A stretch of 63,145 bases of DNA, counting the filler, from Rhabdomonas costata (taxonomy: Eukaryota): the NCBI GenBank assembly GCA_019059605.1. It is 36 parts of 36 records of this genome, joined end to end, with 100 filler letters (N's around TTAATTAATTAA, not from the genome) between each part and the next. Parts side by side here need not be neighbours in the genome. Positions count along the whole stretch, not along the records: positions 12,304 to 13,960 come from JAHMHO010011169.1; positions 14,061 to 15,719 come from JAHMHO010011170.1; positions 15,820 to 17,476 come from JAHMHO010011171.1; positions 17,577 to 19,227 come from JAHMHO010011172.1; positions 19,328 to 20,984 come from JAHMHO010011173.1; positions 21,085 to 22,752 come from JAHMHO010011174.1; positions 22,853 to 24,509 come from JAHMHO010011175.1; 29 more parts are not named here. One strand, written 5' to 3'. Below, piece by piece: positions 12,528 through 24,509 of the stretch (position 1 is its first letter; every line of letters begins with the position of its first letter). The notes under the pieces were generated by a model that searched no databases, had not been told where the DNA came from, and saw only the letters and a list, made by a program, of their open reading frames with translations. A program made the translations under genes and the position numbers.

Positions 12528-13829
12528 AGGATCCTTGTGCTTTCCGCGGAGTGAGGGATGGGGTGGGGATGGGGATCTATGTTTGGAGCAATTGGTGCAT
12601 TGGTTTAGCCCATAGCCGCGTCAGCTTGTAGCTGGCCTTTTTCGGTATCTCACAGGCACAGGCTACTGTCAGGTGCTTTGTGAGTTTTCTGATTGATTCT
12701 TTTTGATTTCCATCTCATACCATGCCTTTTTCTTGTCATTCCGTCTTTCTGTAAGTTTCCTCTCTCCCTTTTTCGTTGCGTTTCGACCCTCCCCAACGCG
12801 TATCTCGCTTGAAGCGGTTTGGTGTGTGTGTGGCACGTAGTTTCTTGTTTGTGGTTTGCAAACATGCAAGTGTAGTTGTCTCTGGTTTTTTCCTCTAGCG
12901 GTGAAGTTCAGGTCAGGAGAGTGGCTTTTTTGCATGTTGTGTTGTGATATCACGTGTTTTGGATATTTCTTGATTGTTGTGTCAGTGCGCATCAGTTGCA
13001 ACCAACTGATGTGTGGTACACGTGCTTTGAGGTTGTTGAGGTTTTTTCGCGATCCTGAAAGGGTGAACGGCGCTGAAATGGATTGAGCGGATCAACCCTG
13101 AGTGTTTCCCCCACTTCTAGCTATCACTGCAGCCATTTGTTTAACATCTGATGTTTTTTCGTGGCCTATTATTTGTGCCTCCCCCCTCCGGGTCGGTTGT
13201 ATTCTGCTGCTCGTTGTGTCACAGGGCTGCACCCTCTCCCCCCACCTGTGGGACATCTTATTTTACCAGGAAGGCAGTTTACATGGTTGAGAAAACATTT
13301 TCTTGCACCACCCCAAACTTGACAGGTGACCTCCTTATTGCCAAGAAATCCGTGTGTTGGGGCTAACTGGCGGCTCATGGTGGGGACACGCGCGGATGCA
13401 GGGCAATTCACGGCACCCGCGTGAAAATCCTGTTGCTCACTGAGGTAGCAGCAAGGACTCTTATGTAGCATCACGCTCGCGGTATACTGGTTGAGGTCTT
13501 TCTCAAATCGGCTCTGACCAAAGCATACCTATCCACGTGCACGCACCCATGGCCGTTTTAATCCCCCCCCCCTTGCGAATCCTTTAACCATTTCAAGAGA
13601 CAAGTTTCGCCCTCTAACCTCCTACAAACAAACGAAATACCAGGGAACACATCTGCTGGATAACCGTGATTACCCCTGCTAGTTTTCAATCAACACACGC
13701 CTTTGTACCAAGTTTTTTTCCCACTTCTTATTTTCTGATTTCGCGAACAATCATTTTGCTCCTACGGAATGGCGCAAACCTCGCGTTCCTCGGAAAAGAA
13801 CATTCCTGTGGTCGTGCTCTCTGGGCTGC

Positions 13830-13955
13830 GGTGGCTGGAGCACCGTCTGTGTGAACCTGGGGACCCACCCCCGCTGAGGCGCCAGAAGGTCTCCCTGGGC
13901 TTCTTCCTCAGTGGGGGTGGGTCCCCAGGTTCACACAGACGGTGCTCCAGCCACC
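13830..13955. repeat. Contig-terminal inverted repeat (50-nt arms), probably an amplification fold-back
   Basis: 13830-13879 is the reverse complement of 13906-13955 with one inner mismatch, and it abuts the contig end. Confidence 0.85.
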
Positions 13956-14872
13956 CCACCNNNNNNNNNNNNNNNNNNNNNNNNNNNNNNNNNNNNNNNN
14001 NNNNTTAATTAATTAANNNNNNNNNNNNNNNNNNNNNNNNNNNNNNNNNNNNNNNNNNNNGTTGGTTGGGAGAGAGCACGAAAGTGCAGTCGTGGCGCTG
14101 CAATCAATACAAGCGAAAGGTTCGCCCAAAAGGTGCGGAATGGAAACGCGGGGCTGCATGGACAAAAGGAGTGGACAGTCCCCCCAGTATCTTCCTGCGC
14201 ATCTTTTTCCGGCGAACATCTTTCACACGCTAGGGAGAAATTGTGCCATGGTTGCCGCGTACCTATGTGATAGCCCGGATTCCCGGAGGTCGACATGTGA
14301 TGTGGGAAGCTGAGAGTGCCGTGATGGACGTCCGAAGAAACTCGACCAGATTCCCACTGTCTTCATGTGATTACTTACGGCACGGCGGCTTCAAAAAAAA
14401 TGTCTAGGTGGAGCTTTCAGACCGGTCTCGTGGTTCTTAACTACTTGCCTCATACATGCACAATAAAGAACAGCAACAACAACGGAAGAGCGGTATTGGG
14501 AGGACGTGGCGAAAACGCTTTGGCGGTGCATAGCTTTGCTGTCCGCAAAACGGCATCTCAACCGTACCAACTCAAACCGAAGGTCAGGGCAGTCGCCAAC
14601 ACCAAGCACAGCACACCACACCCCAAAGCCACACCAAACAGCACAACCCCATCTCAGGTATTCTGGTAGACCATACGGTTCGATGGCAAAACACGTGAAA
14701 AGAGGTCTGTGAAGATCGGAGGGGGGGGGGGGCAGATCAACTGTGGGATCGATCATGAAATATGTCTCCAGACGGGACCAAAAAAAAACAAAAGCGAACA
14801 ATTTTTCGCTCAAAGGGGAGTAAAGGAAGTAAAGTACAGCAGAGGCTGTTAGAGATTCAGAGGTTCAGAGGT

Positions 14873-15327
14873 TCAACGACCAGCTGAGGCCTGAGCCCGG
14901 CACGCCTCCTCGAACTTCTGCTTCATTTCCGCGAACTTCGGCTTGAACTTCACCACTTCCTTGTGGGCCTCGTCGTGCCCCGGCTGCTTCGCCATCACCG
15001 CCAGCCAACGGCTCAGGTTGGGGTGCGACGGCCCGAACTCCCACAGTCCAAAGAACTGCGGCTGCAGCTGCCCCACCTCACAATACGCTAGCAGGTCGGC
15101 CACGCTGAGGGCATCCCCACAGAAGAAGGGCTTGTCTCCGAGGTATTGCTCTAGCTGCGCCATCGTTTGGGAGAGCTCCGCGGGGGAGCCCTTCAGCTTC
15201 GGGGTAGCAGTGAGGATGGGACGGACCATCCCCGCCGAGAGTTTTCGGGTGTGCTCGTGATGCCAGTGGAGGTACTGCTGGATCCTGGCCCGCTGCTGCA
15301 GGTCAGTGGGGTAGATGCCCGTCCACT
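14873..15327 (-). CDS. Glutathione S-transferase (theta-like), last exon
   Basis: YPTDLQQRARIQQYLHWHH, YLGDKPFFCGDALSVADLLAYCEV and HPNLSRWL; CAG acceptor at 15330-15328. Confidence 0.9.
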
Positions 15328-16821
15328 CTGAGAGGAAATTGTTGAGAATCAATTTCTTTTTTCTCAGATGGCTTTCACGCGAGGCTAGGAAAAGCAAAAC
15401 AAGAGCAACGCTTGGCCACGGTACCAAACCTGAAAACAGCCCTGTCACACCTAAAAGAAAGACAGTTCGATTTTCTTCATAACTCACTGTCCTATAAAAA
15501 GCTCAGCACCAGAAAGAAGGAATGTCATTTAGCAAGTTCGATTTGGTCCCGAAACGCTACATTGCTGGTCCTTGCACCCTCAGGCTGGTACCCACGCGTG
15601 CCCCTTGCGGCTCTTCCTTTTTTATCTTGTACCGCTTTTTCCCCAGCGCAGCGGAGGGTTTATCGACGGCCCACAACGTACATACAAAAAACCCACCTGC
15701 CTTTATAGCCGCGAAAGGGNNNNNNNNNNNNNNNNNNNNNNNNNNNNNNNNNNNNNNNNNNNNTTAATTAATTAANNNNNNNNNNNNNNNNNNNNNNNNN
15801 NNNNNNNNNNNNNNNNNNNCCGCTGCCACCGCTTCCAGTCAAAGGCGCTCCCACAGCCGCAACCCGTGCAAAGGGCAGCCCACCAACTCTTTGGCAGGAG
15901 GCCAAGGAACATTGCAACAGACCCCATGCTGTCGCTCAGGATACAATACATGACCTGGGAATATTATCTTCAAACACACTCCCCCGAGAGGGGGATACTT
16001 TTCATTCCGGGTTTTTACAATATTTTTTTATGAAATTGAAAATTGGGAAAGGAATAAGAATGCCCGCAAGAAAAAAAGACTTCCGGATGCGAAAATTGTT
16101 GATGGGTGATGTCAGGGCAATCAGGCGAACCATGCAACAATGCGGTGCAAAAAAAAAGCGGGCGAAAAAGGCAAAAAAAAAAGTGCCAAATGCAGTTCAA
16201 GCAAAACTTCGGCCATCCGTTCCAGTTCAAGTAGTATTTTGGCCATCCTGTGGGTGACAGGTGCTGTTCCCAGCTCTGGAGGGAAAAATGCAAGAAAAAT
16301 GCAAGTGGTTACATTTTCTCCACGCAATTTAGCGTCTAAGTGCGAAAACGTCTCCTTTTGTGCATACGTTCATCACACCAAAACCGGCACCCTCTCGCTT
16401 GCAAGCGTCGCGTTTTCTCCCAATGAGTGGTTATGATGAAGCGCTTCGTACTCCACTTCCACCGACAATGGCGCTTTCCCTCACCGTTTCCATCGCTTCC
16501 CTTGGCCCCCGCAGCCGGAGCGGGGGTCTGAATGTGGTGGGCACAGCCGCGGAGGCGCTGGTGAAGCTGCCGTAGCCCCCCGGGAGAGGGGAGAGCTGCT
16601 CCCACGAGCCCACGCAGGGATGCATTTGGTGCAATGGAAAAAAAGGAAGGAAGGAAAGAAGAAAAGGAATTAGGGTGTGAAAGAAGACCTTAACCCTTCA
16701 GGAGAGGCTCGTTTATCTCGGCATCCTTTAATCTCCTGTGTTTTGCATGAACATTGACGCTTCAAGCCGTGTAGAATCCACGGTGCCTTTAGAGGGGGCA
16801 AAACTCGCGGGACGGGGGCAC

Positions 16822-17476
16822 CTGCTCTTGAAAATGTCATTGATGTGAGCTTCGGCATCGGCCACACCCTCCACTGGAAGTCCAGTGACTTTGGCCAGCT
16901 CCTGAGGGGCCTGAGAGCCACCCGTAAACAGCAGCAACAAGAGGTGAGATTAGAGATTGAACAATGGAATCCGTAATGGGGTGTGAACCCAAAAAAAAAC
17001 AAGTGGAATTAACGCGGCAAATGGAGAGACAGGGACAAGACATCGTATCACTGGCTAAAATACCAACCCGCGCCTGGTCGCCTGGTCACTTAATGGTCTC
17101 ACTTTTTTCACAAACTTCCAGCTCCCTAAAGGATGAGGTGTCTTCAAATGCAATAATCACCAACATACCGTACGGCGGGGTGCCAAGGACCCGTTATGAC
17201 AAACAGCAAAAACTTTTGCACAGACGTTTCTCCGTAGACGGCGGAAAACCAGACGTTCGTTCGCAAGAAGCATCAGCACCACAGCCGCATTTGAAAATCA
17301 TGTGAGGGACAGGGAGACAGATCCCGACACCTTCCGGCCGTGTTGGTGTAGCAGGAACAGCAGAGCCTCCACCACGGTGAACACGATCTCCGCCTCGGAG
17401 GACTTCTCCGCGCCATCGGCGGCCGCTGAGGGCTTCGCGTCCTCTGAGGACCCCTCCGCTACCGCGGACCCCCACC
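16822..17476 (-). CDS. API5: Apoptosis inhibitor 5-like protein, internal exons 17476-17331 and 16910-16822 (possible further exon near 16480-16570)
   Basis: Acidic loop then IVFTVVEALLFLLHQHGRK|APQEL..VTGLP..DIFKS resembles API5 LQFSYVECLLYSFHQLGRKLP..DFKIR; GT-AG junction, phase 0. Confidence 0.65.
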
Positions 17477-18590
17477 NNNNNNNNNNNNNNNNNNNNNNNN
17501 NNNNNNNNNNNNNNNNNNNNTTAATTAATTAANNNNNNNNNNNNNNNNNNNNNNNNNNNNNNNNNNNNNNNNNNNNGGGGTGTTGGGCGTTATTAGTACG
17601 ATTCCAAGAACAACACAACGACCTGTACAGAAGAACAGCTCAGCTCAAAGACCAAGGTAACCTCGCGGAAACGGCGGGCATTCGGAGGTCCTGGCACATG
17701 TTTGGAAAGCCACCAAACTGTCACCAAACTGGAGCAAAGACCCAAAAAGCCGAGAAACCAACACTAGTATGTCCAGTGAATGCCGGAAGCCCTCTCGTGC
17801 TCCGCACACAGCAGTTAGCTGCGTCTGCAATGCATCTATATTATTTGGTGTTTGGCGTTTGGGGATGCCAGTGCAGGTCTCGATATTTGTGACTAATTGA
17901 CGGCTTCAATCTGGCTTCCAAATTGCCAGCACGAGTTAATAATGCAGCGTGGTCGGATTGATCCGAGGTGTTGCCTGCCCAGGACATACGCTCTTACAAA
18001 ACCTTTCGGTCACCTGAACATCTGAAGATGTAGGTTTCTGTTCCTGCTTTTCTTGTGCTTTGACTTTCTCAGATTTATCCTGCTCTCCTCGGGCACACAT
18101 TTTGGCCAGCTTTGGCTTTGTGTCTTGGTTAGAGTTGCGCAGAAGGAATCGAGGAGGAGACATTGTGGGACGACACGCTGACCCAGACAAATTGATGATG
18201 ATGTCGAGAACCGCGGAGCCACAGCCCGCTGAAAAGAGATCTCCTTTTGGTCCATTCAAATCGCTCGAATCAACACATTTATCTTCAAAACATTTCCAAA
18301 ACTTGCCGCTGGAAATTCAGCCCGTTTCGGGGTAGTGTCGAGGGGGGGGGGACCTTGCGAAACCCTGTCCCCTCAAAAACCTCACCTGAAGAACTGCTTA
18401 AAGAAAGCATAAGCACTGCGGCAGCAAACGTCCCTATAAGTACACAGCCAGTGTTTCATCCCATCCCATGTACAATCAAAGACAAGAAGGAGTCGGCCGG
18501 GAAACCAATAGCCGTTCCGGCGACGCTGGCGGCGGTTTGGTGGGGCCGCCAGTGTGAGCTCCAAAGACGACACGCGGACACCCGTAGGTG

Positions 18591-18815
18591 TCAGCCGCTC
18601 ATGTTGGGGACGTAGTAAATGTCTTGAACCAAGGGGTCCGCCACGGCCTTCACGCACAGCACGTTCTCGTCTTCGTCTTCGTGCACAGAGATCTCCACCT
18701 GGCGCCCCGTCTGCAGCGTGTCCAGGCACTGGGGAGGCACCGCGGAGCGAGGCACCAAGACGCTCCGCACAAACGTTACCCACATCTTGCTTCGTCCAGA
18801 CTTCACCAGCACCTC
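18591..18815 (-). CDS. Probable terminal exon of an unknown protein (EVLVKSGRSKMWVTFVRSVLV...DIYYVPNMSG*)
   Basis: CAG acceptor, GC-rich third positions, in-frame stop. Confidence 0.4.
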   Translation of the reverse strand, partial: EVLVKSGRSKMWVTFVRSVLVPRSAVPPQCLDTLQTGRQVEISVHEDEDENVLCVKAVADPLVQDIYYVPNMSG

Positions 18816-19959
18816 CTGCCGAATTGCCAAGGCATACAGAAACACAGAAGGAACTTCGGTTGGGTGGAAATTGCATTATTTTGGCAGAGGGACTATTCCA
18901 GCTTCAGGTGTATTTCTGGGGGAATAACAGTTGGAACGGACTTGTCCGCTTAATATTTGACGAGACACGTGTTTGATCTTTGGCAGCCCCCCTGAGCAAA
19001 ATGAAAGGCAACGTTCGGATTGACAAAAGGCAAACAACGCAGCAAAGAAAAAAGCGAGTGCAGGGTGCCCTTGATGAGCAGGATCATGACGGTCCAGAAA
19101 ACTGCGTCAGATCATAGATGCTCAAATCGCAATTTGGGAAAAAGAAATGGGCACGGCTCCGTTCCGAGTACTAATGGAAATAATGCAAGGAAACGAGCTT
19201 ATGCCTGGAACTGCAGGCCAACCCCCCNNNNNNNNNNNNNNNNNNNNNNNNNNNNNNNNNNNNNNNNNNNNTTAATTAATTAANNNNNNNNNNNNNNNNN
19301 NNNNNNNNNNNNNNNNNNNNNNNNNNNGAGCTGGAAAATGAATGTCATTGTTCCAAATACATCTGTGATGATAAAAGGTCATGTTGCCTTGGGTGCCAGA
19401 GGAGACGGTAGTTGCAACCGAGACATTGGGTGATGTCAATCAATCAAGAGAACACGATCACACTTCTACAACTGATGTTCAACATGTCAACGGTGCTCGT
19501 AGAGTACCTGATTCTGCTAAAATATTTTGAGATGTGTTTGAAGTAGGACATCATGCGGTTCAAGAACTGCTGATGGTGCTATTTCAGCTTTTTTTCTATG
19601 CCACGGAAGATGTGAACGTCGTAGTATAACTTGGGGTGGAATCAGTAGGTTAGAAAGGATGGGGATTAGTAAGTCTCCACAAGTGGAGCAAAGTTGATGG
19701 CCGTCTCACATTTTATCTTTATAGAGGCGAGTGTTATCCGACAGCCCTGTTTGCTTGTCTGTTAACATTCACTCATCCACACCACAAGACACCACCTTTG
19801 ACACCGCAATTACACAAATGCCTAAAGAAGCAGTGCAAACACAATTGACGACCTCAAGAGTGTGCTACCTTAAGCCATATACACATTAAACTTTCAGGCA
19901 CTTCATCAATTTCGTGGCATCCGAATAAAAATCTCCATGCCGACTACCAGACATATTGT

Positions 19960-20900
19960 GGCACAAGTGCAATCTTGTAGCGAGCAACCTGGACATTTTA
20001 CGACTCGAGAATGTCTGATGTACTTACCGGTGACAGTTGTGGCGCCATTATTGACTCCGTTTGCAGCGATAACGTAATTGGTGACACACTGGTCAAAGAT
20101 CTTGATCTGTTCACAAACTCAGCCGTATTATTCCACTGGAGGTGGCAGATGGAGAGAAAGGTGTTTTCGAAAGTTATGTACGCCACAACTTCCGACTCTC
20201 CATGAAGATTTTTAATGCCCGGTTCAGTTGATAGTCGGTTACCACTTTCTGCTAATTCTTGAGGTGGTGGCTGACTGGTTGACGCGGATCGTCATTTTGC
20301 ACAATCAATACCAGGATTACCATATTCAAGCTACCAATCGGAAGATTTCGTGCCCAGTCTCGACGGATCCTTCAAACTACCAGCAGCTTGGGCCCAATAC
20401 CACGCTACTGAGTCAACATTAATGTGCATTTGGTACTCTGGATCTTCATTTGTCATTTAATCTGTTCATACGAGCTTTGGTGGAAAAGATGCAACTCAGG
20501 CAGGTACCACTGCCAAGGTTCTACAGTGGACTTCTAGATGTGACCTTGTTCAATCACATTCACTACGTTTATTTGATATTTCATATGATCAACATGTGCT
20601 TCAAAGCCCCATTCTAGTTTCTGAGTTGGAGAACAAGTGTTACCAAATTAATTTCAAGTTGTAGCTGACTGAAACATTCGCACGATTTACTTCCGCAATC
20701 TTTGAAATACCGATCATATCCAAGGGTTCCTCTACACTTACAGGCATTCGTCTCACAGCGAGCAATTTTCCAAATCACCCGCGGCACATCACATTCTAGA
20801 AGTGACCCATCGTGGATCAACCAGGAATCGGGCAGCGACTGGCGACAGTTCTTGTCCCGCTTGTGGAGCACGTGGTCAGAAAAGGCAGACTGCGGGGACT
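19960..20900 (+). mobile_element. Decayed Ty3/gypsy-like LTR retrotransposon gag-protease region
   Basis: Degenerate knuckle QSCSEQPGHFTTREC, then protease-like GAIIDSVCSDNVIGDTLVKDLDL and LILEVVADWL; multiple stops and frameshifts. Confidence 0.45.
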
Positions 20901-21910
20901 CTCCCATGTGATCCGCTCTTTGCGTTCCTACACTGCTCGAATGACAACCCGCAACTGAACTGTTTTAACAAGGCCCCCCAACACNNNNNNNNNNNNNNNN
21001 NNNNNNNNNNNNNNNNNNNNNNNNNNNNTTAATTAATTAANNNNNNNNNNNNNNNNNNNNNNNNNNNNNNNNNNNNNNNNNNNNGGTGGGGGTGCCACTT
21101 CCCATGTGGAGAGCCGTACAAAGCAGGAGGAGGAGGACGGGAAGGACCCCGAGGGGTGGTTGAGGAGAGCTCGAACACATCCCCGAAAAGACGAAAACAC
21201 ACACAAAAAGGGAAGACACGGAAGAACGCACACGCGCGTGTGGAAGGTCCGTCCGGGAAGGAAGGTCACGACCGAGGAAAACTTGAAAAAAACCGAGAAG
21301 GGAGGGTCGGATCAGAACATTTGGAAGGCCCTTGAGGAAGAAACACCTGCCATAGAAAGGCAGAGAGGAGGGAAAAATTTTGTATGATAAATGTGTGTGT
21401 AATCAACGGGTACTGTTGCCATCAGCGCTTGGAAAAGACAACCACAATTGCCAAACAGCTTATTTAGGATATTGAGAGACACATTCAGCCAAATCAGGAA
21501 TTACGAGCAATTGTAATAACCATCCAATATGCTCCAAAAGTTGCTTGGTGCGCGGCTCGGATGTAAAACTTCACTGGCAGGGCCAATCCGCACAAACGGT
21601 TCTGCACGAACTTGGAGGTACTCGCTACATATTTCAGTCTTGAGTCGAACGAAGAACCACAGACATGCCGCTGTCACGTTAACAGCCGAAACTGAGAGAC
21701 TGCGGCAGCACCACAATAGGTCTTTTCCGAGTTGTTGCTCACGGGGACCGCACGACAGTCTCCGCTAACTGAAGAAGCCTATGAAAAAGCAAGAAGAAGA
21801 AATCCTGGAAATCGTCGTGTTTAATCAATGCACACGCTTACTGGCAGCACGAAAAAAAGACGCTAAAAAATACGGCACAATCTCATTGGACAAGACCACC
21901 CACTGCACTG

Positions 21911-22005
21911 ACATCACATCACATCACATCACATCACATCACATCACATCACATCACATCACATCACATCACATCACATCACACAACATCACATCACTTC
22001 ACATC
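21911..22005 (+). repeat. (ACATC)n pentanucleotide microsatellite, about 19 units, probably intronic
   Basis: Direct tandem repeat with two variant units near the end. Confidence 0.97.
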
Positions 22006-22041
22006 AGACTAAACCCCAATTCATCAAAAAGCACGCAGTAC

Positions 22042-22384
22042 CTTTCTTCACCACTTCCGGGGGTGCAGAGGGCCTGGGGATAGGCTTCTTTTGGGTGTCA
22101 TAGCAGTAGTCCGGATTGGGCGGAGGGGTGTCCGCGGGAACCCCCTCGACGTCGGTGCATCCGTGGTACTCCGAGGCATTCAGGGTCACCCCAGGACCCT
22201 CCAGCCGCAACTTCCTTTGGCAGCGGTAACACTCCGTGCAGGCCGCCGGGGGTAGCGAGCGCTCGTTGTGCCATATCATCTTCAGGCTGCGGAAGGGGTG
22301 CATCACACAGACGTTGCAGGCGGGGCACTTAGGGTACTCATTGGCCTGCACGGCGTCCCCCAAAGGGTACGAAGCATAGGTGCC
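22042..22384 (-). CDS. Exon of an unknown Cys-rich putative Zn-binding protein
   Basis: CPACNVC...CTECYRC motifs; polypyrimidine-CAG acceptor and GT donor. Confidence 0.6.
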
Positions 22385-23077
22385 CTGCGGAGAGAAAGGA
22401 GCCCAAAGGAGAAACAATTTTGGTGTGCACCCTGGAACCCCGTGCGTTTTCGAGACATCCCTGGTTCGTATCAAATCGGAGAGGACGGGACTTCTCATCT
22501 TCATGCCAGCTCGGATCACTTTGGAAGAGAGAAAAACACAGATTATGGAGAAGTCAGCATGTGGACAGGTAACTGGAGGGTTTGCATGGAACAAAACCAA
22601 ACCAGGGCTCAAATGTTTTCAAAAACTCACCACAGATAAATACCATCCGTGTGGAGCAATTCAGTCCATGGCATTGAAAGAAAATAAGGGCACAACGAAA
22701 TTACCACCATGTACCGTTTACTCACATAAGTGAACGAGAACACACCACACCANNNNNNNNNNNNNNNNNNNNNNNNNNNNNNNNNNNNNNNNNNNNTTAA
22801 TTAATTAANNNNNNNNNNNNNNNNNNNNNNNNNNNNNNNNNNNNNNNNNNNNTGTTTTTTTGCATTTCTAAAGGCGAACGTGAGTTCGTCACTTAGACAC
22901 AATTCGGTGAGCACTAGTTTCTCAGGGCGCCACAAAGGCACAAAGGGATACAAAGGCACAAGGGGATGTGGTCTAAGTCGAAGCTGCCGTGGGGTCCATT
23001 GTATATTGTGAGCACAGGTTTTTTTTGCAGGGGGATGCCATGTAAGGAGTCGCTGGCTAACTTCATTCCCTTTGCAG

Positions 23078-23899
23078 GCGGTTGCGCTGATGCGACGAGT
23101 GGTCAACCGTACGGCCTCCCGGGCGGTGTTTGTGATGACGGACATCCAGAACGAGGACGACCTCAGCTTGCTTCGGGAGCAAATGGCTCCCACCCCGCTG
23201 CACTACTTGCCGAAGTCCAAGGACACCTGGAGGACAGAGGTGCCCATCGTCTGTGCGCGTATTGCTTTTTCTGCCAATATGTAATCGAGCAAAGGGCAAT
23301 CCACGGATACAATTGGGGACGCTTTCCTGACATCTGCTGGTAAACAGCCCTTCAAAGGTCCTGATTTTTAGATTGAGAGGCAGAGGGTTCAGGACTTCTT
23401 GCTTGGGGTTAGAAAAGGGTTTACTGTTCCAGCGAGCGAGGCCCGGTCACCATGTGATCTTCATGATTCAGCTGTCTTTTGAAACGTTTGTTTTCTCCCG
23501 TAGCACAAGCAAACAGCACAGAAACCACTTTTAAATTTTTTTAAACTCTTTTCATCATTTGAACTTTTCTACTTTTTTTTTGCGGTTTACGATCCTGGGT
23601 TTTCGCCTGCGAAGCTTTTCTGCTGTTCTCGTGGAGCGTCTGGTATGTGAGAGGCTTGTTTTTTCTTCCACGTCCAGGTGCAGACGATGTTCGTGGAGAT
23701 GGCGGTATGCGCGGTGGCTGACTACTTCATCTCTTCGGACCGCGCGTACTGGGCGTCCGCCACCCCTTCGAGGGACATCATTGAGGTCCGGGGCCTGGCG
23801 TTTGGCCTGAACAAGCACACCACCGTGTGGTTCGGTCGGCCTGGGGACCGATGGAGGGGACCTGTCGTGGACACATTTACTCATACTAGTGACTGTTGA
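23078..23899 (+). CDS. O-fucosyltransferase-like glycosyltransferase C-terminus; exons 23078-23239 and 23678-23899
   Basis: AVFVMTD and FVEMAVCAVADYFISS...SRDIIEVR match the alpha2/6/O-FucT motifs II and III. Confidence 0.7.
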
Positions 23900-24289
23900 G
23901 AAGCTGCTCCTTGCTTTGAAAAGCCTTGTCTTGAGAGCTTCAGTTTCCCAACTTCGATAGTAGCAGAAGCAAGTTTTCAAAAGTTGCCTCAGTAACTTCT
24001 TGCGGCTGGTGGCTGATTTGAGTTCCCAGTGAAGGATCGAAACTTCCCACACGTAAATTCACTCTTTTGGCTGAGCTCTTCGTTTGTTCCCATTGCAAAC
24101 GAATGTCCGAAAAATGCATTCCCATTGGCTTCCTTCATGGTAATTGTCAGTGAAAGGTTGGGATTCAGCGCGGTTCAATTCATCAGGGTTTGTGCGCATT
24201 TCGGCTCTCCTGCACTGGCCAGGGTGGTGGCTGTGCTGTCGCTCTGCTTTTATACCCCCTCGAAAGTTGGAGAGGGACTGCCCCAAGGG

Positions 24290-24509
24290 ATGCACGACCC
24301 CTTCCGTGGGATGGATCCTGGGGTGGCGTTCCACACGCTAGGCTTCGTGGGGGTCGTAGAACTGGTGCGGCTGCGCCGCGTGTGCCGGCGGTGGGCGGCG
24401 CTGCTCTCCGAGGATTCGCTGTGGGCCTCCATGTGCCGAGAGTCCCTGGGGCTGCGGGGCAAGTACTGCCCCAGTTTGACCCGTCCCGAGGTGGCTGAGC
24501 AAACAACCC
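24290..24509 (+). CDS. F-box protein N-terminus, truncated
   Basis: DPFRGMDPGVAFHTLGFVGVVELVRLRRVCRRWAALLSEDSLWASMC. Confidence 0.8.
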
